From NCBI GenBank assembly GCA_030390025.1, contig CM059432.1:141982001-142046000 (forward strand): a stretch of 64,000 nt of DNA, given 5' to 3'. The DNA is from Squalus acanthias. Lineage: Eukaryota. Position numbers and translations under genes: made by a program. Within the stretch, counting starts at the first letter, position 1. Each line of letters opens with the position of its first letter. Below are positions 48,001 through 64,000 of this stretch, one piece after another. The notes under the pieces were generated by a model. That model was given only the letters and a program-made list of their open reading frames with translations, was not told the DNA's origin and did not search any database.

Positions 48001-51000
48001 GATATAGGGCTAGCATTAAAGGTAATGATATAGGGCTAGCATTAATGGTAATAGATATAGGGCTAGCATTAATGGTACTAGATATTGGGCTAGCATTAAT
48101 GACAATGATATAGGGCTAGCATTAATGGTAATAGATATTGGGCTAGCATTAATGGTAATAGATATTGGGCTAGCATTAATGACAATGATATAGGGCTTGC
48201 ATTAATGGTAATAGATATTGGGCTAGCATTAATGGCAATAGATATAGGGCTAGCATTAATGTAATAGATATAGGCCTAGCATTAATGGTAATAGATATTG
48301 AGATAGAATTAAAGGTAATCGATATTGGGCTAGCATTAATAGTAATGATATAGGGCTAGCATTAATAGTAATGATATAGGGCTAGCATTAATGGTAATAG
48401 ATATTGGGCTAGCACTAATGACAATGATGTAGGGCTAGCATTAATGGTAATAGATATTGGGCTAGCATTAATAGTAATGATATAGGGCTAGCATTAATAG
48501 TAATGATATAGGACTATCATTAATGGTAATAGATATAGGGCTGTCATTAATGGTAATAGATATAGGGCTAGCATTAATGGTAATCGATTTTGGGCTAGCA
48601 TTAATAGTAATGATATAGGGCTAGCTTTAATAGTAATGATATAGGGCTATCATTAATGGTAATAGATATAGGGCTAGCATTAATGGTAATCGATATTGGG
48701 CTAGCATTAATAGTAATGATATAGGGCTAGCATTAATAGTAATGATATAGGGCTAGCATTAATGGTAATAGATATAGGGCTAGCATTAATGGTAATAGAT
48801 ATTGGGCTAGCATTAATAGTAATGATATAGGGCTAGCATTAATGGTAATAGATATAGGGCTAGCATTAATGGTAATAGATATTAGGCTAGCATTAATAGT
48901 AATGATATAGGGCTAGCATTAATGGTAATAGATATAGGGCTAGCATTAATGGTAATAGATATTGGGCTAGCATTAATAGTAATGATATAGGGCTAGCATT
49001 AATGGTAATAGATATTGGGCTAGCACTAATGACAATGATGTAGGGCTAGCATTAATGGTAATAGATATTGGGCAAGCATTAATGGTAATAGATATAGGGC
49101 TAGCATTAAAGGTAATGATATAGGGCTAGCATTAATGGTAATAGATATAGGGCTAGCATTAATGGTACTAGATATTGGGCTAGCATTAATGACAATGATA
49201 TAGGGCTAGCATTAATGGTAATAGATATTGGGCTAGCATTAATGGTAATAGATATTGGGCTAGCATTAATAGTAATGATATAGGGCTAGCATTAATGCTA
49301 ATGATATAGGGCTAGCATTAATGGTAATAGATATTGGGCTAGCATTAATGACAATGATATAGGGCTAGCATTAATGGTAATAGATATTGGGCTAGCATTA
49401 ATGGTAATAGATATTGGGCTAGCATTAATAGTAATGATATAGGGCTAGCATTAATGCTAATGATATAGGGCTAGCATTAATGGTAATAGATATTGGGCTA
49501 GCATTAATAGTAATGATATAGGGCTAGCATTAATGCTAATGATATAGGGCTAGCATTAATGGTAATAGATATTGGGCTAGCATTAATGACAATGATATAG
49601 GGCTAGCATTAATGGTAATAGATATTGGGCTAGCATTAATGGTAATAGATATAGGGCTAGCATTAATAATTATTATATAGGTCTAGCATTAATGGTACTA
49701 GATATTGGGCTAGCATTAATAACAATGATATAGGGCTTGCATTAATGGTAATAGATATAGGGCTACCATTAATGATAATGATATAGGACTAGCATTAATG
49801 TTAATGATATTGGGCTACCATTAATGGTAATAGATATAGGGCTCGCATTAATGGTAATGATATAGGGCTACTATTAATGATAATGATATAGGGCTAGCAT
49901 TAATGACAATGATATAGGGCTTGCATTAATGGTAATAGATATTGGGCTAGCATTAATGGCAATAGATATAGGGCTAGCATTAATGTAATAGATATAGGCC
50001 TAGCATTAATGGTAATAGATATTGAGATAGAATTAAAGGTAATAGATATTGGGCTAGCATTAATAGTAATGATATAGGGCTAGCATTAATAGTAATGATA
50101 TAGGACTATCATTAATGGTAATAGATATAGGGCTATCATTAATGGTAATAGATATAGGGCTAGCATTAATGGTAATCGATTTTGGGCTAGCATTAATAGT
50201 AATGATATAGGGCTAGCATTAATAGTAATGATATAGGGCTATCATTAATGGTAATAGATATAGGGCTAGCATTAATGGTAATCGATATTGGGCTAGCATT
50301 AATAGTAATGATATAGGGCTAGCATTAATAGTAATGATATAGGGCTAGCATTAATGGTAATAGATATAGGGCTAGCATTAATGGTAATAGATATTGGGCT
50401 AGCATTAATAGTAATAGATATAGGGCTAGCATTAATGGTAATAGATATAGGGCTAGCATTAATGGTAATAGATATTAGGCTAGCATTAATAGTAATGATA
50501 TAGGGCTAGCATTAATGGTAATAGATATAGGGCTAGCATTAATGGTAATAGATATTGGGCTAGCATTAATAGTAATGATATAGGGCTAGCATTAATGGAA
50601 ATAGATATTGGGCTAGCACTAATGACAATGATGTAGGGCTGGCATTAATGGTAATAGATATTGGGCAAGCATTAATGGTAATAGATATAGGGCTAGCATT
50701 AAAGGTAATGATATAGGGCTAGGATTAATGGTAATAGATATAGGGCTAGCATTAATGGTACTAGATATTGGGCTAGCATTAATGACAATGATATAGGGCT
50801 AGCATTAATGGTAATAGATATTGGGCTAGCATTAATGGTAATAGATATTGGGCTAGCATTAATGACAATGATATAGGGCTAGCATTAATGGTAATAGATA
50901 TTGGGCTAGCATTAATGGTAATAGATATTGGGCTAGCATTAATAGTAATGATATAGGGCTAACATTAATGCTAATGATATAGGGCTAGCATTAATGGTAA

Positions 51001-54000
51001 TAGATATTGGGCTAGCATTAATGACAATGATATAGGGCTAGCATTAATGGTAATAGATATTGGGCTAGCATTAATGGTAATAGATATAGGGCAGCATTAA
51101 TGGTAATAGATATAGGGCAAACATTAATGGTAACAGATATTGGGCTTGCATTAATGGTACTAGATATTGGGCAAGCATTAATGGTAATGATATAGAGCTA
51201 CAATTAATGGCAATGATATAGGGCCAGCATTACGGGTAATGATATAGTGCTAGCATTAATGGTAATAGATATAGGGCTAGCATTAATAATAATTATATAG
51301 GTCTAGCATTAATGGTACTAGATATTGGGCTAGCATTAATAACAATGATATAGGGCTTGCATTAATGGTAATAGATATAGGGCTACCATTAATGATAATG
51401 ATATAGGACTAGCATTAATGTTAATGATATTGGGCTACCATTAATGGTAATAGATATAGGGCTCGCATTAATAGTAATGATATAGGGCTAGCATTAATGA
51501 CAATGATATAGGGCTTGCATTAATGGTAATAGATATTGGGCTAGCATTAATGGCAATAGATATAGGGCTAGCATTAATGTAATAGATATAGGCCTAGCAT
51601 TAATGGTAATAGATATTGAGATAGAATTAAAGGTAATAGATATTGGGCTAGCATTAATAGTAATGATATAGGGCTAGCATTAATAGTAATGATATAGGAC
51701 TATCATTAATGGTAATAGATATAGGGCTATCATTAATGGTAATAGATATAGGGCTAGCATTAATGGTAATCGATTTTGGGCTAGCATTAATAGTAATGAT
51801 ATAGGGCTAGCATTAATAGTAATGATATAGGGCTATCATTAATGGTAATAGATATAGGGCTACCATTAATGATAATGATATAGGACTAGCATTAATGTTA
51901 ATGATATTGGGCTACCATTAATGGTAATAGATATAGGGCTCGCATTAATGGTAATGATATAGGGCTACTATTAATGATAATGATATAGGGCTAGCATTAA
52001 TGACAATGATATAGGGCTTGCATTAATGGTAATAGATATTGGGCTAGCATTAATGGCAATAGATATAGGGCTAGTATTAATGTAATAGATATAGGCCTAG
52101 CATTAATGGTAATAGATATTGAGATAGAATTAAAGGTAATAGATATAGGGGTAGCATTAATGACAATGATATAGGGTAGCATTAATGGTAATAGATATAG
52201 GGCAAGCATTAATGGTAATAGATATAGGGCTAGCATTAATGGTAATGATATAGGGCTATCATTAATGGTACTAGATATTGGGCTAGCATTAATGGTAATG
52301 ATATAAGGCTACCATTAATGGCTATGATATAGGGCCAGCATTAATGTAATGATATAGGGCTCGCATTAATGGTAATGATATAGTGCTAGCATTAATGGTA
52401 ATAGATATTGGGCTTGCATTAATGACAATGATATAGGGCTAGCATAAATGGTAATAGATATTGGGATAGCATTAATGGTAATAGATATTGGGCTAGCATT
52501 AATGGTAATGATAGAGGGCAGCATTAATGGTAATAGATATAGGGCAAACATTAATGGTAATAGATATTGGGCTCGCATTAATGGTACTAGATATTGGGCT
52601 AGCATTAATGGTAAAGATATAGAGCTACAATTCATGGCAATGATATAGGGCCAGCATTATGGGTAATGATATAGGGCTAGCATTAATGGTAATAGATATA
52701 GGGCTAGCATTAATAATAATTATATAGGTCTAGCATTAATGGTACTAGATATTGGGCTAGCATTAATAACAATGATATAGGGCTTGCATTAATGGTAATA
52801 GATATAGGGCTACCATTAATGATAATGATATAGGACTAGCATTAATGTTAATGATATTGGGCTACCATTAATGGTAATAGATATAGGGCTCACATTAATG
52901 GTAATGATATAGGGCTACTATTAATGATAATGATATAGGGCTAGCATTAATGGTAATAGATATAGGGCTATCATTAATGGTAATAGATATAGGGCTAGCA
53001 TTAATGGTAATAGATATTGCGCTAGCATTAATGGTAATAGATATTGGGCTAGCATTAATAGTAATGATATAGGGCTAGCATTAATAGTAATGATATAGGA
53101 CTATCATTAATGGTAATAGATATAGGGCTAGCATTAATGGTAATCGATTTTGGGCTAGCATTAATAGTAATGATATAGGGCTAGCATTAATAGTAATGAT
53201 ATAGGGCTATCATTAATGGTAATAGATATAGGGCTAGCATTAATGGTAATCGATATTGGGCTAGCATTAATAGTAATGATATAGGGCTAGCATTAATAGT
53301 AATGATATAGGGCTAGCATTAATGGTAATAGATATTGGGCTAGCATTAATAGTAATGATATAGGGCTAGCATTAATAGTAATGATATAGGGCTAGCATTA
53401 ATGGTAATAGATATTGGGCTAGCATTAATAATAATTATATAGGTCTAGCATTAATGGTACTAGATATTGGGCTAGCATTAATAACAATGATATAGTGCTA
53501 GCATTAATGGTAATAGATATTGGGCTAGCATTAATGGTAATGATATAGGGCTAGCATTAATGGTAATCGATATTGGGCTAGCATTAATAGTAATGATATA
53601 GGGCTAGCATTAATAGTAATGATATAGGGCTCGCATTAATGGTAATAGCTATTGGGCTAGCATTAATGGTAATGATATAGGGCTAGCATTAATGGTAATA
53701 GATATTGGGCTAGCATTAATGGTAATAGATATTGGGTTAGCATTAATGGTAATGATATAGGGCAGCATTAATGGTAATAGATATAGGGCAAACATTAATG
53801 GTAATAGATATTGGGCTCGCATTAATGGTACTAGATATTGGGCTAGCATTAATGGGAATGATATAGAGCTACAATTAATGGCAATGATATAGGGCCAGCA
53901 TTACGGGTAATGATATAGGGCTAGCATTAATGGTAATAGATATAGGGCTAGCATTAATAATAATTATATAGGTCTAGCATTAAAGGTACTAGATATTGGG

Positions 54001-57000
54001 CTAGCATTAATAACAATGATATAGGGCTTGCATTAATGGTAATAGATATAGGGCTACCATTAATGATAATGATATAGGACTAGCATTAATGTTAATGATA
54101 TTGGGCTACCATTAATGGTAATAGATATAGGGCTCGCATTAATGGTAATGATATAGGGCTACTATTAATGATAATGACATAGGGCTAGCATTAATGACAA
54201 TGATATAGGGCTTGCATTAATGGTAATAGATATTGGGCGAGCATTAATGGCAATAGATATAGGGCTAGCATTAATGTAATAGATATAGGCCTAGCATTAA
54301 TGGTAATAGATATTGAGATAGAATTAAAGGTAATAGATATAGGGGTAGCATTAATGGTAATAGATATTGGGCTAGCATTAATAGTAATGATATAGGGCTA
54401 GCATTAATAGTAATGATATAGGACTATCATTAATGGTAATAGATATAGGGCTATCATTAATGGTAATAGATATAGGGCTAGCATTAATGGTAATCGATTT
54501 TGGGCTAGCATTAATAGTAATGATATAGGGCTAGCATTAATAGTAATGATATAGGGCTATCATTAATGGTAATAGATATAGGGCTAGCATTAATGGTAAT
54601 CGATATTGGGCTAGCATTAATAGTAATGATATAGGGCTAGCATTAATAGTAATGATATAGGGCTAGCATTAATGGTAATAGATATTGGGCTAGCATTAAT
54701 AGTAATGATATAGGGCTAGCATTAATAGTAATGATATAGGGCTAGCATTAATGGTAATAGATATTGGGCTAGCATTAATAATAATTATATAGGTCTAGCA
54801 TTAATGGTACTAGATATTGGGCTAGCATTAATAACAATGATATAGTGCTAGCATTAATGGTAATAGATATTGGGCTAGCATTAATGGTAATGATATAGGG
54901 CTAGCATTAATGGTAATCGATATTGGGCTAGCATTAATAGTAATGATATAGGGCTAGCATTAATAGTAATGATATAGGGCTCGCATTAATGGTAATAGCT
55001 ATTGGGCTAGCATTAATGGTAATGATATAGGGCTAGCATTAATGGTAATAGATATTGGGCTAGCATTAATGGTAATAGATATTGGGTTAGCATTAATGGT
55101 AATGATATAGGGCAGCATTAATGGTAATAGATATAGGGCAAACATTAATGGTAATAGATATTGGGCTCGCATTAATGGTACTAGATATTGGGCTAGCATT
55201 AATGGGAATGATATAGAGCTACAATTAATGGCAATGATATAGGGCCAGCATTACGGGTAATGATATAGGGCTAGCATTAATGGTAATAGATATAGGGCTA
55301 GCATTAATAATAATTATATAGGTCTAGCATTAAAGGTACTAGATATTGGGCTAGCATTAATAACAATGATATAGGGCTTGCATTAATGGTAATAGATATA
55401 GGGCTACCATTAATGATAATGATATAGGACTAGCATTAATGTTAATGATATTGGGCTACCATTAATGGTAATAGATATAGGGCTCGCATTAATGGTAATG
55501 ATATAGGGCTACTATTAATGATAATGACATAGGGCTAGCATTAATGACAATGATATAGGGCTTGCATTAATGGTAATAGATATTGGGCTAGCATTAATGG
55601 CAACAGATATAGGGCTAGCATTAATGTAATAGATATAGGCCTAGCATTAATGGTAATAGATATTGAGATAGAATTAAAGGTAATAGATATAGGGGTAGCA
55701 TTAATGACAATGATATAGGGTAGCATTAATGGTAATAGATATAGGGCAAGCATTAATGATAATAGATATACGGCTAGCATTAATGGTAATGATATAGGGC
55801 TAGCATTAATGGTACTAGATATTGGGCTAGCATTAATGGTAATGATATAAGGCTACCATTAATGGCTATGATATAGGGCCAGCATTAATGTAATGATATA
55901 GGGCTCGCATTAATGGTAATGATATAGTGCTAGCATTAATGGTAATAGATATAGGGCTAGCATTAATGGTAATGATATAGGGCTAGCATTAATGGTACTA
56001 GATATTGGGCTAGCATTAATGACAATGATATAGGGCAAGCATTAATGGTAATAGATATAGGGCTAGCATTACTGGTACTAGATATTGGGCTAGCATTAAT
56101 GGTAATGATATAAGGCTACCATTAATGGCTATGATATAGGGCCAGCATTAATGTAATGATATAGGGCTCGCATTAATGGTAATGATATAGTGCTAGCATT
56201 AATGGTAATAGATATAGGGCTAGCATTAATGGTAATGATATAGGGCTAGCATTAATGGTACTAGATATTGGGCTAGCATTAATGACAATGATATAGGGCT
56301 CGCATTAATGGTAATGATGTTGGGATAGCATTAATGGTACTAGGTGTAGGGCTAGCATTAATGGTAATAAATATTGGGCTAGCATTAATGACAATGATAT
56401 AGGGCTACCATTAATGGTAATAGATATTGGGATAGCATTAAAGGTAATAGATAAAGGGGTAGCATTAATGACAATGATATAGGGTAGCATTAATGGTAAT
56501 CAATATAGGGCAAGCATTAATGGTAATAGATATTGGGCTAGCGTTAATGGTACTAGATATTGGGCTAGCATTAATGGTAATGATATAGAGCTACCATTAA
56601 TGGCAATGATATAGGGCTAGCATTAATGGTACTAGATATTGGGCTAGCATTAATGACAATGATATAGGGTTCGCATTAATGGTAATAGATATAGGGCTAG
56701 CATTAATGTTATGATATTGGGCTAGCATTCATGGTTCTAGAGATAGGGCTAGCATTAATGGTAATAGATATTGGGTGAGCATTAATGACAATGATATAGG
56801 GCTAGCATTAATGGTAATAGATATTGGGATAGCATTAAAAGTAATAGATATAGGGGTAGCATTAATGACAATGATATAGGGTAGCATTAATGGTAATAGA
56901 TATAGGGCAAGCATTAATGGTAATGATATAGGGCTACCATTAATGGCTATGATATAGGGCCAGCATTAATGGTAATGCTATAGGGCTAGCATTAATGGTA

Positions 57001-60000
57001 ATGATATAGTGCTAGCATTAATGGTAATAGATATAGGGCTAGCATTAACGGTAATAGATATAGGGCTAGCATTAATGATAATGATATAGGTCAAGCAATT
57101 ATGGTAATAGATATAGGGCTAGCATTAATGTTAATGATATAGGGCTAGCATTAATGGTAATAGATATAGGGCAACCATTAATGGTAATAGATTTTGACCT
57201 AGCATTAATGGTAATGATATAGGGCTAGCTTTAATGGTATAGATATAGGGCTAGCGTTAATGATAATGATATAGGTCTAGCATTAATGATATAGGGCAAA
57301 CATTAATGGTACTAGATATTGGGCTAGCATTAATGGTACTAGATATTGGGATAGCATTAATGGTAATGATATAGAGCTATCATTAATGGCAATGATCTAA
57401 GGGCCAGCGTTAATGGTAATGATATAGGGCTAGCATTACGGGTAATGATATAGGGCTAGCATTAATGGTAATAGATATAGGGTTAGCGTTAATGGTAATG
57501 ATATTGGGCTAGCATTAATGGTACTAGATATAGGGCTAGTATTAATGTTAATAGATATAGGGCTAGCATTAATGACAATGATATAGGACTCGTATTAATG
57601 GTTATAGATATAGGGCTAGCATTAATGTTAATGATATAGGGCTTGCATTAATGGTAATTATATAGGGCTACCATTAATGATAATGATATAGGGCTAGCAT
57701 TAATGGTAATAGATATTGGGATAGCATTAAAGGTAATAGATATAGGGCTTGCATTAATGGTAATTATATAGGGCTACCATTAATGATAATGATATAGGGC
57801 TAGCATTAATGGTAATAGATATTGGGCTAGAATTAATGGTAATGTTATGGAGCTACCATTAATGTCAATGATATAGGGCCAGCATAATGGTAATGATATA
57901 GGGCTAGCATTAATGGTAATATATATCGGGCTAGCATTAATGGTACTAGATATTGGGCTAGCATTAATGACAATGCTATTGGGGTAGTATTAATGGTTCT
58001 AGATATAGGGCTAGCATTAATGATAATAGATATTGGGCGAGCATTAATGACAATGATATAAGATAGCATTAATGGTAATAGATATAGGGCAAGCATTAAT
58101 GGTCATAGATATTGGGCTGGCATTAATGGTACTAGATATTAGGCTAGCATTAATGGTAATGATATAGAGCTACCATTAATGGCAATGATATAGGGCTAGC
58201 ATTAATGGTAATGATATAGGGCTAGTATTAATGATAATAGATATTGGTCTCGAATTAATGGTAATAGATATAGGGCTACCATTAATGGTAATGATATTGC
58301 GATCACATTAAAGGTACGAGATATAGAGGTAGCATTAATGACAATGATATAGGGTAGCATTAATGGTAATAGATATAGGGCAAGCATTAATGGTAATAGA
58401 TATTGGGCGAGCATTAATGGTAATGATATATAGCTACCATTAATGGCAATGATATAGGGCTAGCATTAATAGTACTAGATATTGGGCTAGCATTAATGGT
58501 AATCAATATAGGGCAAGCATTAATGGTAATAGATATTGGGCTAGCGTTAATGGTACTAGATATTGGGCTAGCATTAATGGTAATGATATAGAGCTACCAT
58601 TAATGGCAATGATATAGGGCTAGCATTAATGGTACTAGATATTGGGCTAGCATTAATGACAATGATATAGGGTTCGCATTAATGGTAATAGATATAGGGC
58701 TAGCATTAATGTTATGATATTGGGCTAGCATTCATGGTTCTAGAGATAGGGCTAGCATTAATGGTAATAGATATTGGGCGAGCATTAATGACAATGATAT
58801 AGGGCTAGCATTAATGGTAATAGATATTGGGATAGCATTAAAAGTAATAGATATAGGGGTAGCATTAATGACAATGATATAGGGTAGCATTAATGGTAAT
58901 AGATATAGGGCAAGCATTAATGGTAATGATATAGGGCTACCATTAATGGCTATGATATAGGGCCAGCATTAATGGTAATGCTATAGGGCTAGCATTAATG
59001 GTAATGATATAGTGCTAGCATTAATGGTAATAGATATAGGGCTAGCATTAACGGTAATAGATATAGGGCTAGCATTAATGATAATGATATAGGTCAAGCA
59101 ATTATGGTAATAGATATAGGGCTAGCATTAATGTTAATGATATAGGGCTAGCATTAATGGTAATAGATATAGGGCAACCATTAATGGTAATAGATTTTGA
59201 CCTAGCATTAATGGTAATGATATAGGGCTAGCTTTAATGGTATAGATATAGGGCTAGCGTTAATGATAATGATATAGGTCTAGCATTAATGATATAGGGC
59301 AAACATTAATGGTACTAGATATTGGGCTAGCATTAATGGTACTAGATATTGGGATAGCATTAATGGTAATGATATAGAGCTATCATTAATGACAATGATA
59401 TAGGACTCGTATTAATGGTTATAGATATAGGGCTAGCATTAATGTTAATGATATAGGGCTTGCATTAATGGTAATTATATAGGGCTACCATTAATGATAA
59501 TGATATAGGGCTAGCATTAATGGTAATAGATATTGGGATAGCATTAAAGGTAATAGATATAGGGCTTGCATTAATGGTAATTATATAGGGCTACCATTAA
59601 TGATAATGATATAGGGCTAGCATTAATGGTAATAGATATTGGGCTAGAATTAATGGTAATGTTATGGAGCTACCATTAATGTCAATGATATAGGGCCAGC
59701 ATAATGGTAATGATATAGGGCTAGCATTAATGGTAATATATATCGGGCTAGCATTAATGGTACTAGATATTGGGCTAGCATTAATGACAATGCTATTGGG
59801 GTAGTATTAATGGTTCTAGATATAGGGCTAGCATTAATGATAATAGATATTGGGCGAGCATTAATGACAATGATATAAGATAGCATTAATGGTAATAGAT
59901 ATAGGGCAAGCATTAATGGTCATAGATATTGGGCTGGCATTAATGGTACTAGATATTAGGCTAGCATTAATGGTAATGATATAGAGCTACCATTAATGGC

Positions 60001-63000
60001 AATGATATAGGGCTAGCATTAATGGTAATGATATAGGGCTAGTATTAATGATAATAGATATTGGTCTCGCATTAATGGTAATAGATATAGGGCTACCATT
60101 AATGGTAATGATATTGCGATCACATTAAAGGTAAGAGATATAGAGGTAGCATTAATGACAATGATATAGGGTAGCATTAATGGTAATAGATATAGGGCAA
60201 GCATTAATGGTAATAGATATTGGGCGAGCATTAATGGTAATGATATATAGCTACCATTAATGGCAATGATATAGGGCTAGCATTAATAGTACTAGATATT
60301 GGGCTAGCATTAATTACAATGATATAGGGCTAGCATTAATGGAAATGCTACAGTGCTAGCATTAATGGTAATAGATATAGGGCTAGCATAATGACAATGA
60401 TATAGGGCTAGCATTTATGGTAATTATATAGGGCTAGCAATAATGGTAATGATATAGGGCTAGCATTAATGGTAATGATATAGGGCTAGCATTACGGGTA
60501 ATGATAATGGGCTAGTACAAATGTAATGGATATAGGGCTAACATTTATGAAAATGATATGAGGCTAGAATTAATGGTAATGATATAGGCTAGCATTAATG
60601 GTAATAGATATAGAGCCAGCATTATTGGTAATGATGTAAGGCTAGAAGTAATGGTAATAATATCGGGCTAACATTAATGGTAATAGATATAGGGCTAGCA
60701 TTAATGGTAATAGATATATGACTAGCATTAATGGTAATGATATAGGACTAGCATTAATGTTAATGATATAAGGCTAGCATTAATGGCAATAGATATAGGG
60801 CTGGCATTAATGGTAATAGATATAGGGCAAGCATTAATGGTAATGATATAGGGCTAGCATTAATGGTACTAGATATAGGGCTAGCATTAATGACAATGAT
60901 ATAGGGGTACCATTAATGGCTATGATATAGGGCTAGCATTAATAGTAATGATATAGGGCTAGTATTAATGGTAATGAAATAGGGCTAGCATTAATGGTAA
61001 TGATATAGGGCTAGCATTAATGGTAATAAATATAGAGCCAGCATTATTGGTAATGATGTAAGGCTATAAGTAATGGAATTATATAGGGCTAGCGTTAATG
61101 GCATTGATATTTGGGCCAGCATTGATGTTAATGATATAGAGCTAGCATTATTGGTAATGATGTAAGGCTAGAGTTACTGGTAATTATATAGGGCTAGCTT
61201 TAATGGTAATAGATATATAGCTAGCATTAATAGTAATAGATATAGGGCTAGCATTAATGGTAATAGATATAGGGCTAGCATTAATGGTAATAGATATAGG
61301 GCTAGCATTAATGGTAATGTTATACGGCTAGCATTAATGGTAATAGATATAGGGCTAGCATTAATGGTAATAGATATAGGGCTAGCATTAATGGTAATAG
61401 ATATAGGGCTAGCATTAATTGTAATGAAATAAGGCTAGAATTAATGGTAATGATATTGGGCTATCATTAATGGTAATAGATATAGAACTAGCATTATTGG
61501 TAAAGATGTAAGGCTAGAATTACTGGTAATGATATAGGGCTAGCATTAATGGTACTAGATATATGGCTAGCATTAATGGTAATTATATTGGGCTAGTATT
61601 AATGGTAATAGATATAGGGCTACCATTAATGGTAATAATATTGGGCTATCATTAATGGTACAAGATATAGGGCTAGCATTAATGATAATAGATATTGCGA
61701 TAGCATTAAAGGTAAGACATATAGTGGTAGCATTAATGACAATGATATAGGGTAGCATTAATGGTAATAGATATAGGGCAAGCATTAATGGTAATAGATA
61801 TTGGGCGAGCATTAATGGTAATGATATATAGCTACCATTAATGGCATGATATAGGGCTAGCATTAATGGTAATAGATATAGGGCAAGCATTAATGGTAAT
61901 GATATAGGGCTAGCATTAATGGTACTAGATATAGGGCTAGCATTAATGACAATGATATAGGGGTACCATTAATGGCTATGATATAGGGCTAGCATTAATA
62001 GTAATGATATAGGGCTAGTATTAATGGTAATGAAATAGGGCTAGCATTAATGGTAATGATATAGGGCTAGCATTAATGGTAATAAATATAGAGCCAGCAT
62101 TATTGGTAATGATGTAAGGCTAGAAGTAATGGAATTATATAGGGCTAGCGTTAATGGCATTGATATTTGGGCCAGCATTGATGTTAATGATATAGAGCTA
62201 GCATTATTGGTAATGATGTAAGGCTAGAGTTACTGGTAATTATATAGGGCTAGCTTTAATGGTAATAGATATATAGCTAGCATTAATAGTAATAGATATA
62301 GGGCTAGCATTAATGGTAATAGATATAGGGCTAGCATTAATGGTAATAGATTTAGGGCTAGCATTAATGGTAATAGCTATAGGGCTAGCATTAATGGTAA
62401 TAGATATAGGGCTAGCATTAATGGTAATAGATATAGGGCTAGCATTAATGGTAATGTTATTCGGCTAGCATTAATGGTAATAGATATAGGGCTAGCATTA
62501 ATGGTAATAGATATAGGGCTAGCATTAATGGTAATAGATATAGGGCTAGCATTAATTGTAATGATGTAAGGCTAGAATTAATGGTAATGATATTGGGCTA
62601 TCATTAATGGTAATAGATATAGGGCTACCATTAATGGTAATAATATTGGGCTATCATTAATGGTACGAGATATAGGGCTAGCATTAATGATAATAGATAT
62701 TGCGATAGCATTAAAGGTAAGACATATAGTGGTAGCATTAATGACAATGATATAGGGTAGCATTAATGGTAATAGATATAGGGCAAGCATTAATGGTAAT
62801 AGATATTGGGTGAGCATTAATGGTAATGATATATAGCTACCATTAATGGCATGATATAGGGCTAGCATTAATGGTAATGATATAGTGCTAGCATTAATGG
62901 TAATAGATATAGGGCTAGCATAATGACAATGATATAGGGCTAGCATTAATGGTAATGATAATGGGCTAGTGCTAATGTAATAGATATAGGGCTAGCATTA

Positions 63001-64000
63001 ATGGTAATGATATAGTGCTAGCATTAATGGTAATAGATATAGGGCTAGCATAATGACAATGATACAGGGCTAGCATTAATGGTAATGATATAGGGCTAGC
63101 AATAATGGTAATGATATAGTGCGAGCATTAATGGAACTAGATATTGGGCTAGCATAATGACAATGATATAGGGCTAACATTAATGGTAATGGTAATGAGC
63201 TAGTACTAATGTAATAGATATAGGGCTAGCATTAATGAAAATGATATAAGGCTGGAATTAATGGCAAAGATATAGGGCTTGCATTAATGGTAATAGATAT
63301 AGAGCCAGCATTATTGGTAATGATGTAAGGCTAGAAGTAATGGTAATAATATAGGGCTAGCATTAATGGTAATAGATATATGGCTAGCATTAATGGTAAT
63401 TATACTGGGCTAGTATTAATGGCAATAGATATAGGGCTAGCATTAATGCTAATGATATAGTGCTAGCATTAATGGTATGAGATATAGGGCTAGCATAATG
63501 ACAATGCTATAGGGCTAGCATTAATGGTAATGATATAGGGCTAGCAATAATGGTAATGATATAGTGCTAGCATTAATGGTAATGATATAGGGCTAGCATT
63601 AATGGCATGATATAGGGCTAGCATTAATAGTACTAGATATTGGGCTAGCATTAATGACTATGATATAGGGCTAGCATTAATGGTAATGATATAGTGCTAG
63701 CATTAATGGTAATAGATATAGGGCTAGAATAATGACAATGATATAGGGCTAGCATTAATGGTAATGATAATGGGCTAGTGCTAATGTAATAGATATAGGG
63801 CTAGCATTAATGACAATGATATAGGGCTAGCATTAATGGTAATGATATAGTGCTAGCATTAATGGTAATAGATATAGGGCTAGCATAATGACAATGATAC
63901 AGGGCTAGCATTAATGGTAATGATATAGGGCTAGCAATAATGGTAATGATATAGGGCTAGCAATAATGGTAATGATATAGTGCTAGCATTAATGGAACTA
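42075..64000. repeat. Satellite array of 26/27-bp monomers GGGCTAGCATTAATGGTAAT(A)GATAT(A/T); runs off the window end
   Basis: Continuous tandem repeats; degenerate edge 42075-42445, regular after that. Confidence 0.99.

Noticed and set aside
42199..62946. Hydrophobic 'MLALYLLPL' ORFs
   Set aside because: Translations of the satellite; 26/27-bp alternation breaks frames constantly

Overview
Eukaryotic, repeat-dominated vertebrate DNA. It is most likely from a cartilaginous fish (shark-like), inferred from CR1 LINEs with (ATTCTATG)n-type tails and abundant SacSINE1/DeuSINE-like SINEs; the species cannot be determined. Positions 1-720 are pyrimidine-rich low-complexity sequence around a 500-N gap. 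Positions 0.9-42 kb are a nested mosaic of CR1, L2 and Zenon-like LINEs, Deu-type SINEs, Penelope-like hairpin inserts with minimal hammerhead motifs, hAT MITEs (8-bp TSD), Harbinger-like MITEs (3-bp TSD) and a 31-32-bp minisatellite split by a CR1. From about 42.1 kb to the end is a >21-kb satellite of 26/27-bp monomers with kb-scale internal duplications. No host protein-coding gene could be identified with confidence: there is a candidate TATA/first-exon at about 40.3 kb (+) and possible small exons at 9.4-13.9 kb (-). The most interesting signal is a Zenon-like LINE family with a tRNA-derived A/B-box head about 325 bp upstream of the endonuclease (no room for ORF1) and no TTTT on its sense strand in any copy here, which suggests a Pol III-transcribed autonomous LINE. 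Element boundaries are read by eye and approximate unless TSDs are given.
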